From assembly GCA_021741155.1 (NCBI GenBank), contig JAIOYP010000002.1, positions 43,551 to 107,550 on the forward strand: a DNA stretch of 64,000 bases, written 5' to 3'. The position numbers were made by a program, and so were the translations under genes. Origin of the DNA: Flavobacteriales bacterium. Its GTDB lineage: Bacteria > Bacteroidota > Bacteroidia > UBA10329. Under the pieces are notes generated by a model. The model worked only from the letters and a program-made list of their open reading frames with translations, searched no databases and was not told the DNA's origin. Every line of letters starts with the position of its first letter. The stretch's first letter is position 1. This document shows, in pieces, positions 9,883 through 18,422 of this stretch.

Positions 9883-12267
9883 ATGGAAACTACCGCAAAG
9901 GCCACTGCCACCATCATCAGCCCACGGCTCAATCGTCTAAAGGAGAAGGTGCTTAATTATCCACCATCCATCTGTCCCGAAAGAGCGCTTCTAGTAACCA
10001 AGTATTTTAAGCAGAAGGAGAACGGTAAGAAGCCGATGGTCATACAAAAGGCCGAAGCATTGGCCTACATTCTTGACCAAAAAACGGTACGCATTTACGA
10101 GGATGAGTTAATTGTGGGAACAACCACGTCTAAGCGTGTAGCTGGGCCGATTTTCCCTGAATTGCACGGCCTACCCGTAATGGAAGACTTGTTCAGCTTT
10201 TCGGACAGAAAGATTAATCCACTAAAAATTCACAAGCACGAAAAGACCAAATTACTGACCGAAGTTGTTCCTTTCTGGCTCACGCGATTTTTGGGCTACA
10301 AGGCCATGAACGGGTTGGATCTAATCAAGTTTGTGACCGACCAACTTAATCCGAAATTCTATCTCATCAACGAAACAGGCGGTATCGGTCACCTCATTCC
10401 AGATCATGAAAGAGTGCTGGAACGCGGATTGGATGGCATCAAAGAAGACATTAGAGTTAAGCTGAATGAAGCAGGATTAAGCGAATCTGCACGGAACCAA
10501 TATGAAGCCATGATTATTTCGTGTGATGGCATCATCAATTACGCTCACAAGTACGCAGAAAAGGCCGAGGGACTGGCGAAAACGGAAAATGACCCAGGCC
10601 GAAAAGCCGAATTGTTGACAATTGCAAAAAACCTAAAACACGCTCCGCAAAAACCTGCCGAGACATTTCATCAAGCAATACAGGTGGTGTGGCTCATGCA
10701 TACGGCCGTTTTTATTGAGGGATTGGATAACGGAATCAGCTTTGGAAGAATGGATCAATACCTGTATCCATTTTACAGAAGAGATCTGATAAATGGTACG
10801 ATTACAAAGGACAAAGCAAAAGAACTGATTGGCTGTCTGGGCATCAAAAGCTCAGAGATTATTCCCGTTTTCAGTTCCAAGATAAGCGAATGCCATGGAG
10901 GTTTCCTGAGTGGACAAGCCATCACTTTGGCCGGAACGGATGAGGAAGGAAACGACCTTACCAACGAACTGACTTTTATGATGCTCGAACTGATGGATGA
11001 GGTTCGTCTGCGCCAACCAAATTACCATGCACGAATTCATGATGGTTCGCCCAAGCCTTACATCGACAAGATTATGTCCAACCTTGTAAAAGGCGTTAAT
11101 TCTCCCGCGCTTTACAACGACAAGGTGATTATCAGCTCACTTAAAAAAGCTGGTTATTCAGATGCTGATTCAAACGCCTACGCCACCTTGGGTTGTGTGG
11201 AGTTGCTTTCGGCAGGAAAAACGTTTGGCTCTACCGATGCGGCTTTGGTCAACATTCCTATTTGTCTAGAAATGGCCCTCAACGAAGGCCGACTCTTCGG
11301 GGATCTGATGCGAAAAGGAACAGAAACGAAGCCTGTTGATGATTTCAAGAATATTGATGAGGTGAAAGCCGCATTCAAAACACAGCTTCAGTTCGTCATT
11401 GACCGTTTGGTGAAAGTGCTGGAGCCGATTGAAATTGCTAATCGTGATTTTCATCCAACGCCTCTCACATCTGTGGTAACACAAGGCTGTATTGAAAGCG
11501 GAAAAGACGTTACTTCTGGTGGCGCCATCTATAATTTCAGTGGTGTTCAAGGAGTAGGCGTTACCGATGTTGGAGATAGTTTGTATGCCATCGACCAATT
11601 GGTTTTCCAAAAGAAAAAAATCAAACTTTCTGAATTGGTCAACGCACTAAAAACCAATTTCAAAGGGAAAGAGAAACTCAGAATGGAACTTCATAATCTC
11701 CCGAAATTCGGGAACGATATGGAAGATGTGGATGCCTTGAGCCGTTGGGTAACGGACACGTATTACGATTCATTCAACGGAAAAATGAACACCCGTGGCG
11801 GCAAGTTTGTGGCAGGATTCTATTCCACCACAACCCATTACAGTTTCGGAAAAATGACTGGCGCGTTGCCAAATGGAAGAGAAAAAGGAGAGCCGTTCAG
11901 CTCTGGCATTGCACCCATGAACGGGGCAGATGTGCTTGGCCCAACCGCCATGTTCAATTCCATTACTGCTCTCGATTTTGAACGAGCGCACAATGGAGTA
12001 AACGTAAACGCCAAGTTTGATACCGCCACGCTGAAAGGAGAACATGGAAAAATGATTTTGGAAAGCCTATTGCTTACCTATTTCAAGAAAGGTGGCATGC
12101 AAGTGCAATTAAATGTATTGGATACGGAAATGCTGAAAGACGCGAAAATTCATCCCGAAAAATATCCCAATCTACTTGTTCGGGTTTCGGGTTATTCGGC
12201 CTATTTCAATGACCTTTCTCCAGCCATGAAAGATGAGATTATTAACCGAAGTTGTTTGAATACTTAA
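9883..12267 (+). CDS. glycyl radical enzyme, C-x-E (dehydratase/eliminase) class of the PFL2/GDH/HypD/CutC type; substrate unknown
   Basis: 794 aa. The C-terminal glycyl radical fingerprint LLVRVSGYSAYFNDL is present. The active-site loop TLGCVELL has a single Cys with Glu at +2, whereas PFL has two adjacent Cys. The length matches glycerol dehydratase and HypD. Confidence 0.85.
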   Translation: METTAKATATIISPRLNRLKEKVLNYPPSICPERALLVTKYFKQKENGKKPMVIQKAEALAYILDQKTVRIYEDELIVGTTTSKRVAGPIFPELHGLPVMEDLFSFSDRKINPLKIHKHEKTKLLTEVVPFWLTRFLGYKAMNGLDLIKFVTDQLNPKFYLINETGGIGHLIPDHERVLERGLDGIKEDIRVKLNEAGLSESARNQYEAMIISCDGIINYAHKYAEKAEGLAKTENDPGRKAELLTIAKNLKHAPQKPAETFHQAIQVVWLMHTAVFIEGLDNGISFGRMDQYLYPFYRRDLINGTITKDKAKELIGCLGIKSSEIIPVFSSKISECHGGFLSGQAITLAGTDEEGNDLTNELTFMMLELMDEVRLRQPNYHARIHDGSPKPYIDKIMSNLVKGVNSPALYNDKVIISSLKKAGYSDADSNAYATLGCVELLSAGKTFGSTDAALVNIPICLEMALNEGRLFGDLMRKGTETKPVDDFKNIDEVKAAFKTQLQFVIDRLVKVLEPIEIANRDFHPTPLTSVVTQGCIESGKDVTSGGAIYNFSGVQGVGVTDVGDSLYAIDQLVFQKKKIKLSELVNALKTNFKGKEKLRMELHNLPKFGNDMEDVDALSRWVTDTYYDSFNGKMNTRGGKFVAGFYSTTTHYSFGKMTGALPNGREKGEPFSSGIAPMNGADVLGPTAMFNSITALDFERAHNGVNVNAKFDTATLKGEHGKMILESLLLTYFKKGGMQVQLNVLDTEMLKDAKIHPEKYPNLLVRVSGYSAYFNDLSPAMKDEIINRSCLNT

Positions 12268-12273
12268 GATAAT

Positions 12274-12726
12274 ATGGAAAAGACCGATACTGCAATTTGG
12301 GATTTTATTGCCAACACAGATGTGTTCACGTTGGCCACCTGCCACCGTGGAAAACCATATTGCTGCTCTTGCTTTTACACCTTCGATCGTGAAGGGAAGC
12401 GCCTGATATTCAAATCTGAAACAGGAACACGCCACGTGACCGAACTATTGCTTCAACCACAGATTGCAGGCAGCATTCTTCCCAAAAGTCTTGCAATTGG
12501 AAAAGTGAAAGGCATTCAGTTTACTGGTCAAGCACTTCCGTTGCAGGAAACAGAAGATTATGATAGAACGAAGAAACTCTATTACAAGCAATTTCCTATT
12601 GCCCTAACCATGGGCGGACAGCTTTGGGCAGTAGAGTTGGAGACAATTAAAATGACCGATCATACGCTCGGATTCGGCAATAAACTGCGCTGGGAAAGGG
12701 CTCAATTGAGCACAAAAATGAACTAA
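12274..12726 (+). CDS. pyridoxamine-5'-phosphate-oxidase-like (split-barrel, FMN-binding) protein
   Basis: 150 aa with the pattern DVFTLATCHRGKPYCCSCFYTFD, typical of the PNPOx/general-stress-protein-26 fold. It starts 7 nt after the GRE stop, which suggests an operon. Confidence 0.5.
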   Translation: MEKTDTAIWDFIANTDVFTLATCHRGKPYCCSCFYTFDREGKRLIFKSETGTRHVTELLLQPQIAGSILPKSLAIGKVKGIQFTGQALPLQETEDYDRTKKLYYKQFPIALTMGGQLWAVELETIKMTDHTLGFGNKLRWERAQLSTKMN

Positions 12727-13745
12727 AACGGGCTTGAAAGCGAAGTATCGTTCACAAACTCCCAATCTGTTAGTGTTTTAAGGAAGGCCACCAGATTCTG
12801 CTTCTCCTCTTCGGTAAGTTGAAGTCCGTATTCCTTGCCTGGTTTGGTCATTATGGGGTCAATAGTCATGGAGCGTTTTACCTGACTATTATAGTGTTCT
12901 ACAACTTCTTCGAGCGTAACGAACCGCCCATCGTGCATGTAAGGTGAGGTCAACTCCACATTTCGTAAGGTGGGCGTTTTGAATTTTAAACGGTCGTACG
13001 GACTTCCGCTAATGTAACTGCGATCCTTAACGGTCGGGTCATAAATACTGTCGAGCCCAATATTGTGAAACTCATTATTCGTCATCAATGGAATTCCATG
13101 GCAATGGAAACAATCTCCTTTTTCGGTAAAAAAAGTAGTCATACCATTCAACTCACTGTCCGTCAATTGTTCTTCCCCTTTTAGATAACTGTCAAATTTG
13201 CTATTGCTAGACTTTAAACGTCTGAACCATTGGGCCAATGCTTTTGCCACCAACTCATCGGTAATCTCGCAAGAGCCAAAGGCCTTTCGGAACAATTCGG
13301 GATAAACAGCATCCTCTTTTAGAAGATTAAAATCCACTTCAAAAAAGTCGTTTACTTCAAACAGCATCACGTCTTCCAAGATTCCTTCCAGCTTTCCATT
13401 CCACAAAAAGTTACGACTCCACGCAAGGTTTACATGCGGGAGCACAGACGAACCGCTTGCTGTTGATGGAACCGAAAAAGAATTACTCTGAAAATGACAA
13501 GAGGAGCATGAGCGCCCTTCACGCGGGCCGCCTGTAGAAAGCAATGGATCGTAATACAATCTCCTGCCAAGTTGAACTCCTTCTTCTGTTAGCGGATTAT
13601 CAGAAGGAACTTCTAGAATGGGGAAATAATCAGGAAATTGTAGTTGGTAAGGATGTGTATTTGCCTCACATTCGTCCACTTCCTCTTTACAGGATGAGGC
13701 AGAAATCGCCAAAAGCACCAATAAGAACCAAACCGAGCGTGTCAT
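12723..13745 (-). CDS. di-heme cytochrome c peroxidase / MauG-family protein (MbnH-like)
   Basis: Two CxxCH motifs (CSSCH and CFHCH), a lipoprotein signal LAISASSC and CCP/MauG-like length. Confidence 0.8.
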   Translation of the reverse strand: MTRSVWFLLVLLAISASSCKEEVDECEANTHPYQLQFPDYFPILEVPSDNPLTEEGVQLGRRLYYDPLLSTGGPREGRSCSSCHFQSNSFSVPSTASGSSVLPHVNLAWSRNFLWNGKLEGILEDVMLFEVNDFFEVDFNLLKEDAVYPELFRKAFGSCEITDELVAKALAQWFRRLKSSNSKFDSYLKGEEQLTDSELNGMTTFFTEKGDCFHCHGIPLMTNNEFHNIGLDSIYDPTVKDRSYISGSPYDRLKFKTPTLRNVELTSPYMHDGRFVTLEEVVEHYNSQVKRSMTIDPIMTKPGKEYGLQLTEEEKQNLVAFLKTLTDWEFVNDTSLSSPF

Positions 13746-14455
13746 GGCGTTTGTTCTAAAGTGAAGGCGTTGTTTATATTGGCGCTTATCTCCAACATGG
13801 CTGGCATGATACCCATGGTATAATTGCTGCTGTCCATGTCGAATGTGTTGGGACCTGTCATGATTTCGTTCAGGTTGAATCCAATGGTCATGCTGCCATC
13901 TTCCGAAATATCAAAAGGGGTTGAGATTGAAACATCGGCCAAACATTCGTTATTCCCCACATGAATGGCATAGCCGTTTACACCTTGATTTGAATTAAAA
14001 TAACCTTCAAATTTCATAAAGTGATACCCTCCGCCCATCTGTTCGGGCCAAACCATACCCGTATTGTATGATGTATTGGGAAGATTACCGTAAACGTTCT
14101 GACTCTGTGGTATTCCGAAGTTAAAACGCAATTCCTTAAAACTACCGACAGGAACTTTGGGTAGATTCAAAATGGTTCCTTCCCGAGCATCAATGAAATG
14201 AGCATCGCCATCAGCCGTAACTACAGAATTGTCTGCCTTTACAAATCGAAAATTGGATAGATAGTACCGCAACTTATTCACACTGTAGGGATTGCCAGCG
14301 GCATTTTGATAGATGATGGTATCGAGCATCAGCTCATCTCCATCAACATGGTAGTGTGGGGTAATGGTAAGGTTGTAGGTCAGCGCTTCCTCTTTGCAGC
14401 TATTCAAAAGAACAGTGTTCAAGGCCAAAAGAAGTACAAATGCAAGTTTTCTCAT
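13742..14455 (-). CDS. lipoprotein partner of the di-heme peroxidase (possible MbnP-family protein)
   Basis: The signal and lipobox are MRKLAFVLLLALNTVLLNSC. It overlaps the peroxidase gene start by 4 nt. The gene order (partner first, then peroxidase) and the size resemble mbnP-mbnH pairs. The family assignment is by context, not by motif. Confidence 0.45.
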   Translation of the reverse strand: MRKLAFVLLLALNTVLLNSCKEEALTYNLTITPHYHVDGDELMLDTIIYQNAAGNPYSVNKLRYYLSNFRFVKADNSVVTADGDAHFIDAREGTILNLPKVPVGSFKELRFNFGIPQSQNVYGNLPNTSYNTGMVWPEQMGGGYHFMKFEGYFNSNQGVNGYAIHVGNNECLADVSISTPFDISEDGSMTIGFNLNEIMTGPNTFDMDSSNYTMGIMPAMLEISANINNAFTLEQTP

Positions 14456-14496
14456 CCCAATTGAATTTGAGTTCAATTACGGATGAAAGCAAACTG

Positions 14497-14534
14497 CCGA
14501 TCATGACTTACATCATGGTCGGCAGTTTATTTTC
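14497..14534. terminator. 16-bp-stem hairpin downstream of nrdJ
   Basis: The arms are aaactgccgatcatga-ctta-catcatggtcggcagttt, with one mismatch. Confidence 0.5.
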
Positions 14535-14551
14535 AAATATGAATTATATGC

Positions 14552-17134
14552 TTATCCGCACTTGCTATGCCCGCAGCTTTTGCACTTGAGGCAACCTTCT
14601 TCATAAATCAATCCATCAGGATCGTTACATGATGGGCATTTGTGATCAGCTTTTGTTCCGTTAGGAATGTAACGCTTCAGTGTTCGTTCAACCCCGTTTT
14701 TCCATGTGTTGATGTTCTCATCAAACAGGTTCAATCTCGACACAAGATTAACCACATACGGCAACGGCATTCCATGACGCAATACACCAGAAATTAGCTT
14801 CGCATAATTCCAGAATTCCTTATCGAAACTGCGCGAAAGTCCTTCGATAGTTACACGATAGCCGTCCTTATCCACATACTGGAAATCGTAACGGGCATTG
14901 CCATCATCATCTCGGTCTTTGATGATCCAACCTTTTTCTGCCCACGTTGGAAGATGAAACGCTTCTTCGGTTTTTCCAGTGAAAACCTCATAAGGTTTGC
15001 CATCCAGCAATCCAACTACTGCAATCCACTTTTCCTTCTCATTTTGGAATCGGACAATCTCAGCTTCTAGTTTCTTTGGTCTTCTTGGCGGACGCGTTTC
15101 CAAAATGGTTTCCAGCGTTGCCGCATCCTTCTTGTCATCATTTGATATGAGCACTCCCGAACGTGAACCATCTCGATAAACCGTAATTCCCTTCACGCCT
15201 TGCTGCCACGCTTTCAAATAAATCTCGCCTACCTTTTCCTGACTTACATCTTCAGGCAAATTGATGGTAGAACTGATGGAATGGGTCACATACTTCTGAA
15301 CCATCGCTTGCAATTTTACGCGCTGCATCCAGTCAATTTCAGGAGCGGTTGAACCGATGTACGGATTGCCGGCATCATTTTTCTTTCCGTTCACGGTCAT
15401 CCACGTTTTTAGCTTCGGATGATACACGGTGAACTCCTCCCAACGATCGCCCATTTCATCAACAAATGAAACATTGGCTTCCGGTGTGCTGTGCATGATT
15501 TTTCTTCTTCTCGTATAACTGGTGAGAAAAACAGGTTCTATACCTGAAGATGATTGCGCCAACATGCTGAGCGTTCCAGTAGGAGCTACTGTACTGATGG
15601 AAATATTTCTTCGTCCATGTTGCATCATGCGCTCATACACATTCGGAAAATCCTGCTTCAGCATTTGCACGAACTCCGAAGTGTTCTCAATTTCTGGATT
15701 GAAATCTTTGAATTTTCCTCGTTCGATGGCCATATCAATAGAACACTGGAACTCAGCATCGCACTTTGTACGCATCATTTTCTCCATTTCGACTAGGGCT
15801 TCATCGCTATCGAATTTTAACCCGAGTGCAGCAGCAGTATCGGCCAAGGCTGTAAATCCAAGACCAGTTCTTCGACCATTCTTTCCAGCATTGTAGAGTA
15901 ACTCCCACGTTTCAACCTCCACCTGCTTCACTTTGTCTGGTTCAGGGTCACTTTTAACCTTAGCCAAAATTCGGTCGATGGCTTCCAGTTCAAGATCCAC
16001 CAAATCATCCATCAAACGTTGCGACTCATAAGTCGTTTTCCAGAATTTCTTGTGGTTGAAACTTGCTTGTGGCGTAAATGGATTTTCTACAAATGAATAC
16101 AGATTGATGGCAATCAGTCGGCAACTATCTCCGCCTTGCATGGCAATTTCTGAGCACGGATTGGTGCTTGTATTCTTAAATCCAGGATAAACCGATGATG
16201 TTGAATAATAATGCTGACGATCCCAGAAAATAAGACCGGGTTCCGCTGTATTGTGCGCGCACTGAATAATGGTGTTCCACAATTCGCGTGCATTCACCTT
16301 CTTCGTGATTTTTGGCTCTTTACTCTCAACTGGCCAACGATGCATAAAATCTTTGTTGTCTCGAACGGCTTTCATGAATTCGTCCGAAATACGAACCGAG
16401 ATATTGGCACCTGTTACCTTCGAAAGGTCTTGCTTGCTGGTAACGAAATCCTCCACATCGGGATGAGCAATGTCCATGGTAATCATCAAGGCACCGCGTC
16501 TTCCATTCTGAGAAACTTCGCGCGTTGTATTTGAGAAACGCTCCATAAATGAAACCGCGCCAGACGTGCTACCAGCTGCATTATTTACCCGCAATCCAGC
16601 AGGGCGAATGGTAGATAAATCAATACCTACACCGCAACGCCTTTTAAAGAGTTGCACCAATTGCTGGTCGGTGTACATAATGCCACCGTAACTATCGTGA
16701 ATTTCAGGAATAACTACGCAGTTGCTCAACGAAGCAAGCACATGCGTATTACCTAGAGAAGACATCACACTTCCTTGTGGAATGACATATTTGAAATCTC
16801 GAAAAAGATTGTAAATCTCATCTTCCGTCATTGGATGCCGCTGCTGACCATATTCAGAAAGCAGTGCTGTTTTTGCGCCTAAATCAGCAGATGAACCATT
16901 TTTTTGTTCGATGCGAGCAAACTCGCGAGCCATACGCTTGTGCATATCGTCTGGCGAGGTTTCCAAGTACTTGCCGTCCGTATCGGTCATGGCATACTTG
17001 TTAATCCAAGTGGTGGCCGCCAACTCGTCTCCATCAAAGTAGCTTAAACACTTCTTCAATACTTCCTGATAAGGGAAGGTTGGTGTTCTTGTTAATGTGT
17101 CAATTGTGGGTTTCGGTGTCTTCTTGTTGGCCAT
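14552..17134 (-). CDS. nrdJ: ribonucleoside-diphosphate reductase, probably adenosylcobalamin-dependent class II (NrdJ type)
   Basis: 860 aa. The RNR active-site motif STNPCSEI is present. There is a C-terminal four-Cys tail (CPSCNDPDGLIYEEGCLKCKSC). No adjacent nrdB small-subunit gene is present. Confidence 0.65.
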   Translation of the reverse strand: MANKKTPKPTIDTLTRTPTFPYQEVLKKCLSYFDGDELAATTWINKYAMTDTDGKYLETSPDDMHKRMAREFARIEQKNGSSADLGAKTALLSEYGQQRHPMTEDEIYNLFRDFKYVIPQGSVMSSLGNTHVLASLSNCVVIPEIHDSYGGIMYTDQQLVQLFKRRCGVGIDLSTIRPAGLRVNNAAGSTSGAVSFMERFSNTTREVSQNGRRGALMITMDIAHPDVEDFVTSKQDLSKVTGANISVRISDEFMKAVRDNKDFMHRWPVESKEPKITKKVNARELWNTIIQCAHNTAEPGLIFWDRQHYYSTSSVYPGFKNTSTNPCSEIAMQGGDSCRLIAINLYSFVENPFTPQASFNHKKFWKTTYESQRLMDDLVDLELEAIDRILAKVKSDPEPDKVKQVEVETWELLYNAGKNGRRTGLGFTALADTAAALGLKFDSDEALVEMEKMMRTKCDAEFQCSIDMAIERGKFKDFNPEIENTSEFVQMLKQDFPNVYERMMQHGRRNISISTVAPTGTLSMLAQSSSGIEPVFLTSYTRRRKIMHSTPEANVSFVDEMGDRWEEFTVYHPKLKTWMTVNGKKNDAGNPYIGSTAPEIDWMQRVKLQAMVQKYVTHSISSTINLPEDVSQEKVGEIYLKAWQQGVKGITVYRDGSRSGVLISNDDKKDAATLETILETRPPRRPKKLEAEIVRFQNEKEKWIAVVGLLDGKPYEVFTGKTEEAFHLPTWAEKGWIIKDRDDDGNARYDFQYVDKDGYRVTIEGLSRSFDKEFWNYAKLISGVLRHGMPLPYVVNLVSRLNLFDENINTWKNGVERTLKRYIPNGTKADHKCPSCNDPDGLIYEEGCLKCKSCGHSKCG

Positions 17135-17489
17135 GGGTTACTCTTTTATTAGTTGATGGCCATGAAAGTATTAACCAAAAAACACCATCCGAAGCAAGTC
17201 GAAAAACGTTACTAAGAATCTGCTTGTTAATAAGTCTAATTGACTGAAAATCAGCAGTGGTTCTTCAATTCTGATATAAATCATAATCGTAAAAGTTGGA
17301 GTAATTAAAAATTGTGCTTATTGGGTAAGCAATGTTCTAACCTCGATAACCCGCGCACTGTTGTCAACTCCCAAGCCTTCTTGCCGATGCTGCAAAAAAA
17401 ACACGCTTATTCTACAACTGGGTCTTGTTTATTCATCCGCCCATATTCTCAAACTTTGAATTTCTCTGAGATGATTGAAAGGTAGAAAT

Positions 17490-18068
17490 TCAATCTCCGC
17501 GTTTGTAGCCGATTTTCTGCCTGTTCTGTTGGTCAAGTTCTTGCTGTTTAATCGCTTCAAACTGTTTGAGGTATTCAAATATGATCTGAAGTTGGTCATC
17601 GTGGCCTCTGACGCTACTCCTTATCTCTTCCAACTGTTTGAAGAACTCTTGATGACTGGAAATCAGCTGTCTCATCTTGGTGAAGAGACGCATAATCTGG
17701 ATGTTTACTTGGATTGCGGTCGGACTGTTCAATATGCTTGACAGCATGGCAACTCCCTGTTCCGTAAAGCAGAATGGAGCGTATCGTAACCCTTTCCTAT
17801 CTTCTTTGGACATCACAGATTGTGATCTCCAAGATTGGAATTCCTCTTTATCCATCTCGAACATGAAGTCTTCTGGAAATCTGTCCAGATTACGCCTAAC
17901 TGCTTGTTTGAGGACTCTTGTTTCTACGCCATACAAGGCTGCCAAATCCCTATCCAGCATCACTTTTCCCCCACAGACCTCACGTATTTTGCTCATCAAT
18001 ACTTCGTGCGGTATTGCAATCGTCAGATTCTTTTTGGCCATGTCTAAAAAGGTTGAGCGGTCTTTCAC
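17490..18068 (-). CDS. ORF6N-domain protein
   Basis: It contains the characteristic KVMLDRDLAALYGVETRVLKQAVRRNLDRFPEDFMFE ... RYAPFCFTEQGVAMLSSILNS ... VNIQIMR segments. Confidence 0.8.
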   Translation of the reverse strand: MKDRSTFLDMAKKNLTIAIPHEVLMSKIREVCGGKVMLDRDLAALYGVETRVLKQAVRRNLDRFPEDFMFEMDKEEFQSWRSQSVMSKEDRKGLRYAPFCFTEQGVAMLSSILNSPTAIQVNIQIMRLFTKMRQLISSHQEFFKQLEEIRSSVRGHDDQLQIIFEYLKQFEAIKQQELDQQNRQKIGYKRGD

Positions 18069-18317
18069 AAAACTAAGATTTCATGGGTTTTTCGTGTTTG
18101 GTGCAATGGCTCATTCTCAGGATACTCAACTTTTCAATGAGTTCTTATTCTCCGTCCCAGACTTCCATCTTCTATCAAATTAAAATAACGGAGCCTTTAC
18201 GTAACGGCCTCGTTCTGCACGAAACTTCGGAATACGGCTGTTGGATTCCGTCCCTCGGCCATTGGCGTTCGCCATGCGGTTAGTGGCTTTCGGCTAAAGG
18301 TTAAAGGCTTCCGCAGA

Positions 18318-18422
18318 GCGGAAAACGGTAGCCGTGGTGCGGAAACCAGTTGCGATGTAACGGAAATTGATTGCCGTGTAACGAGCGATGACCACGGAGC
18401 GGCTGACAACCGCATTACCCTA
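18318..18422. repeat. tandem array, about 5 x 21 bp (gcggaaaNcNgtNgccgtgta), immediately 3' of the adhesin gene
   Basis: The units start at 18318, 18339, 18360, 18381 and 18402. The theme (cggaa ... cgtgca) resembles the 4368-4472 array. Confidence 0.7.

Noticed and set aside
17135-17490. A possible cobalamin riboswitch or NrdR box upstream of nrdJ.
   Set aside because: No B12-box (rGCCACUG-like) or NrdR palindrome was recognisable by eye, so nothing was called.
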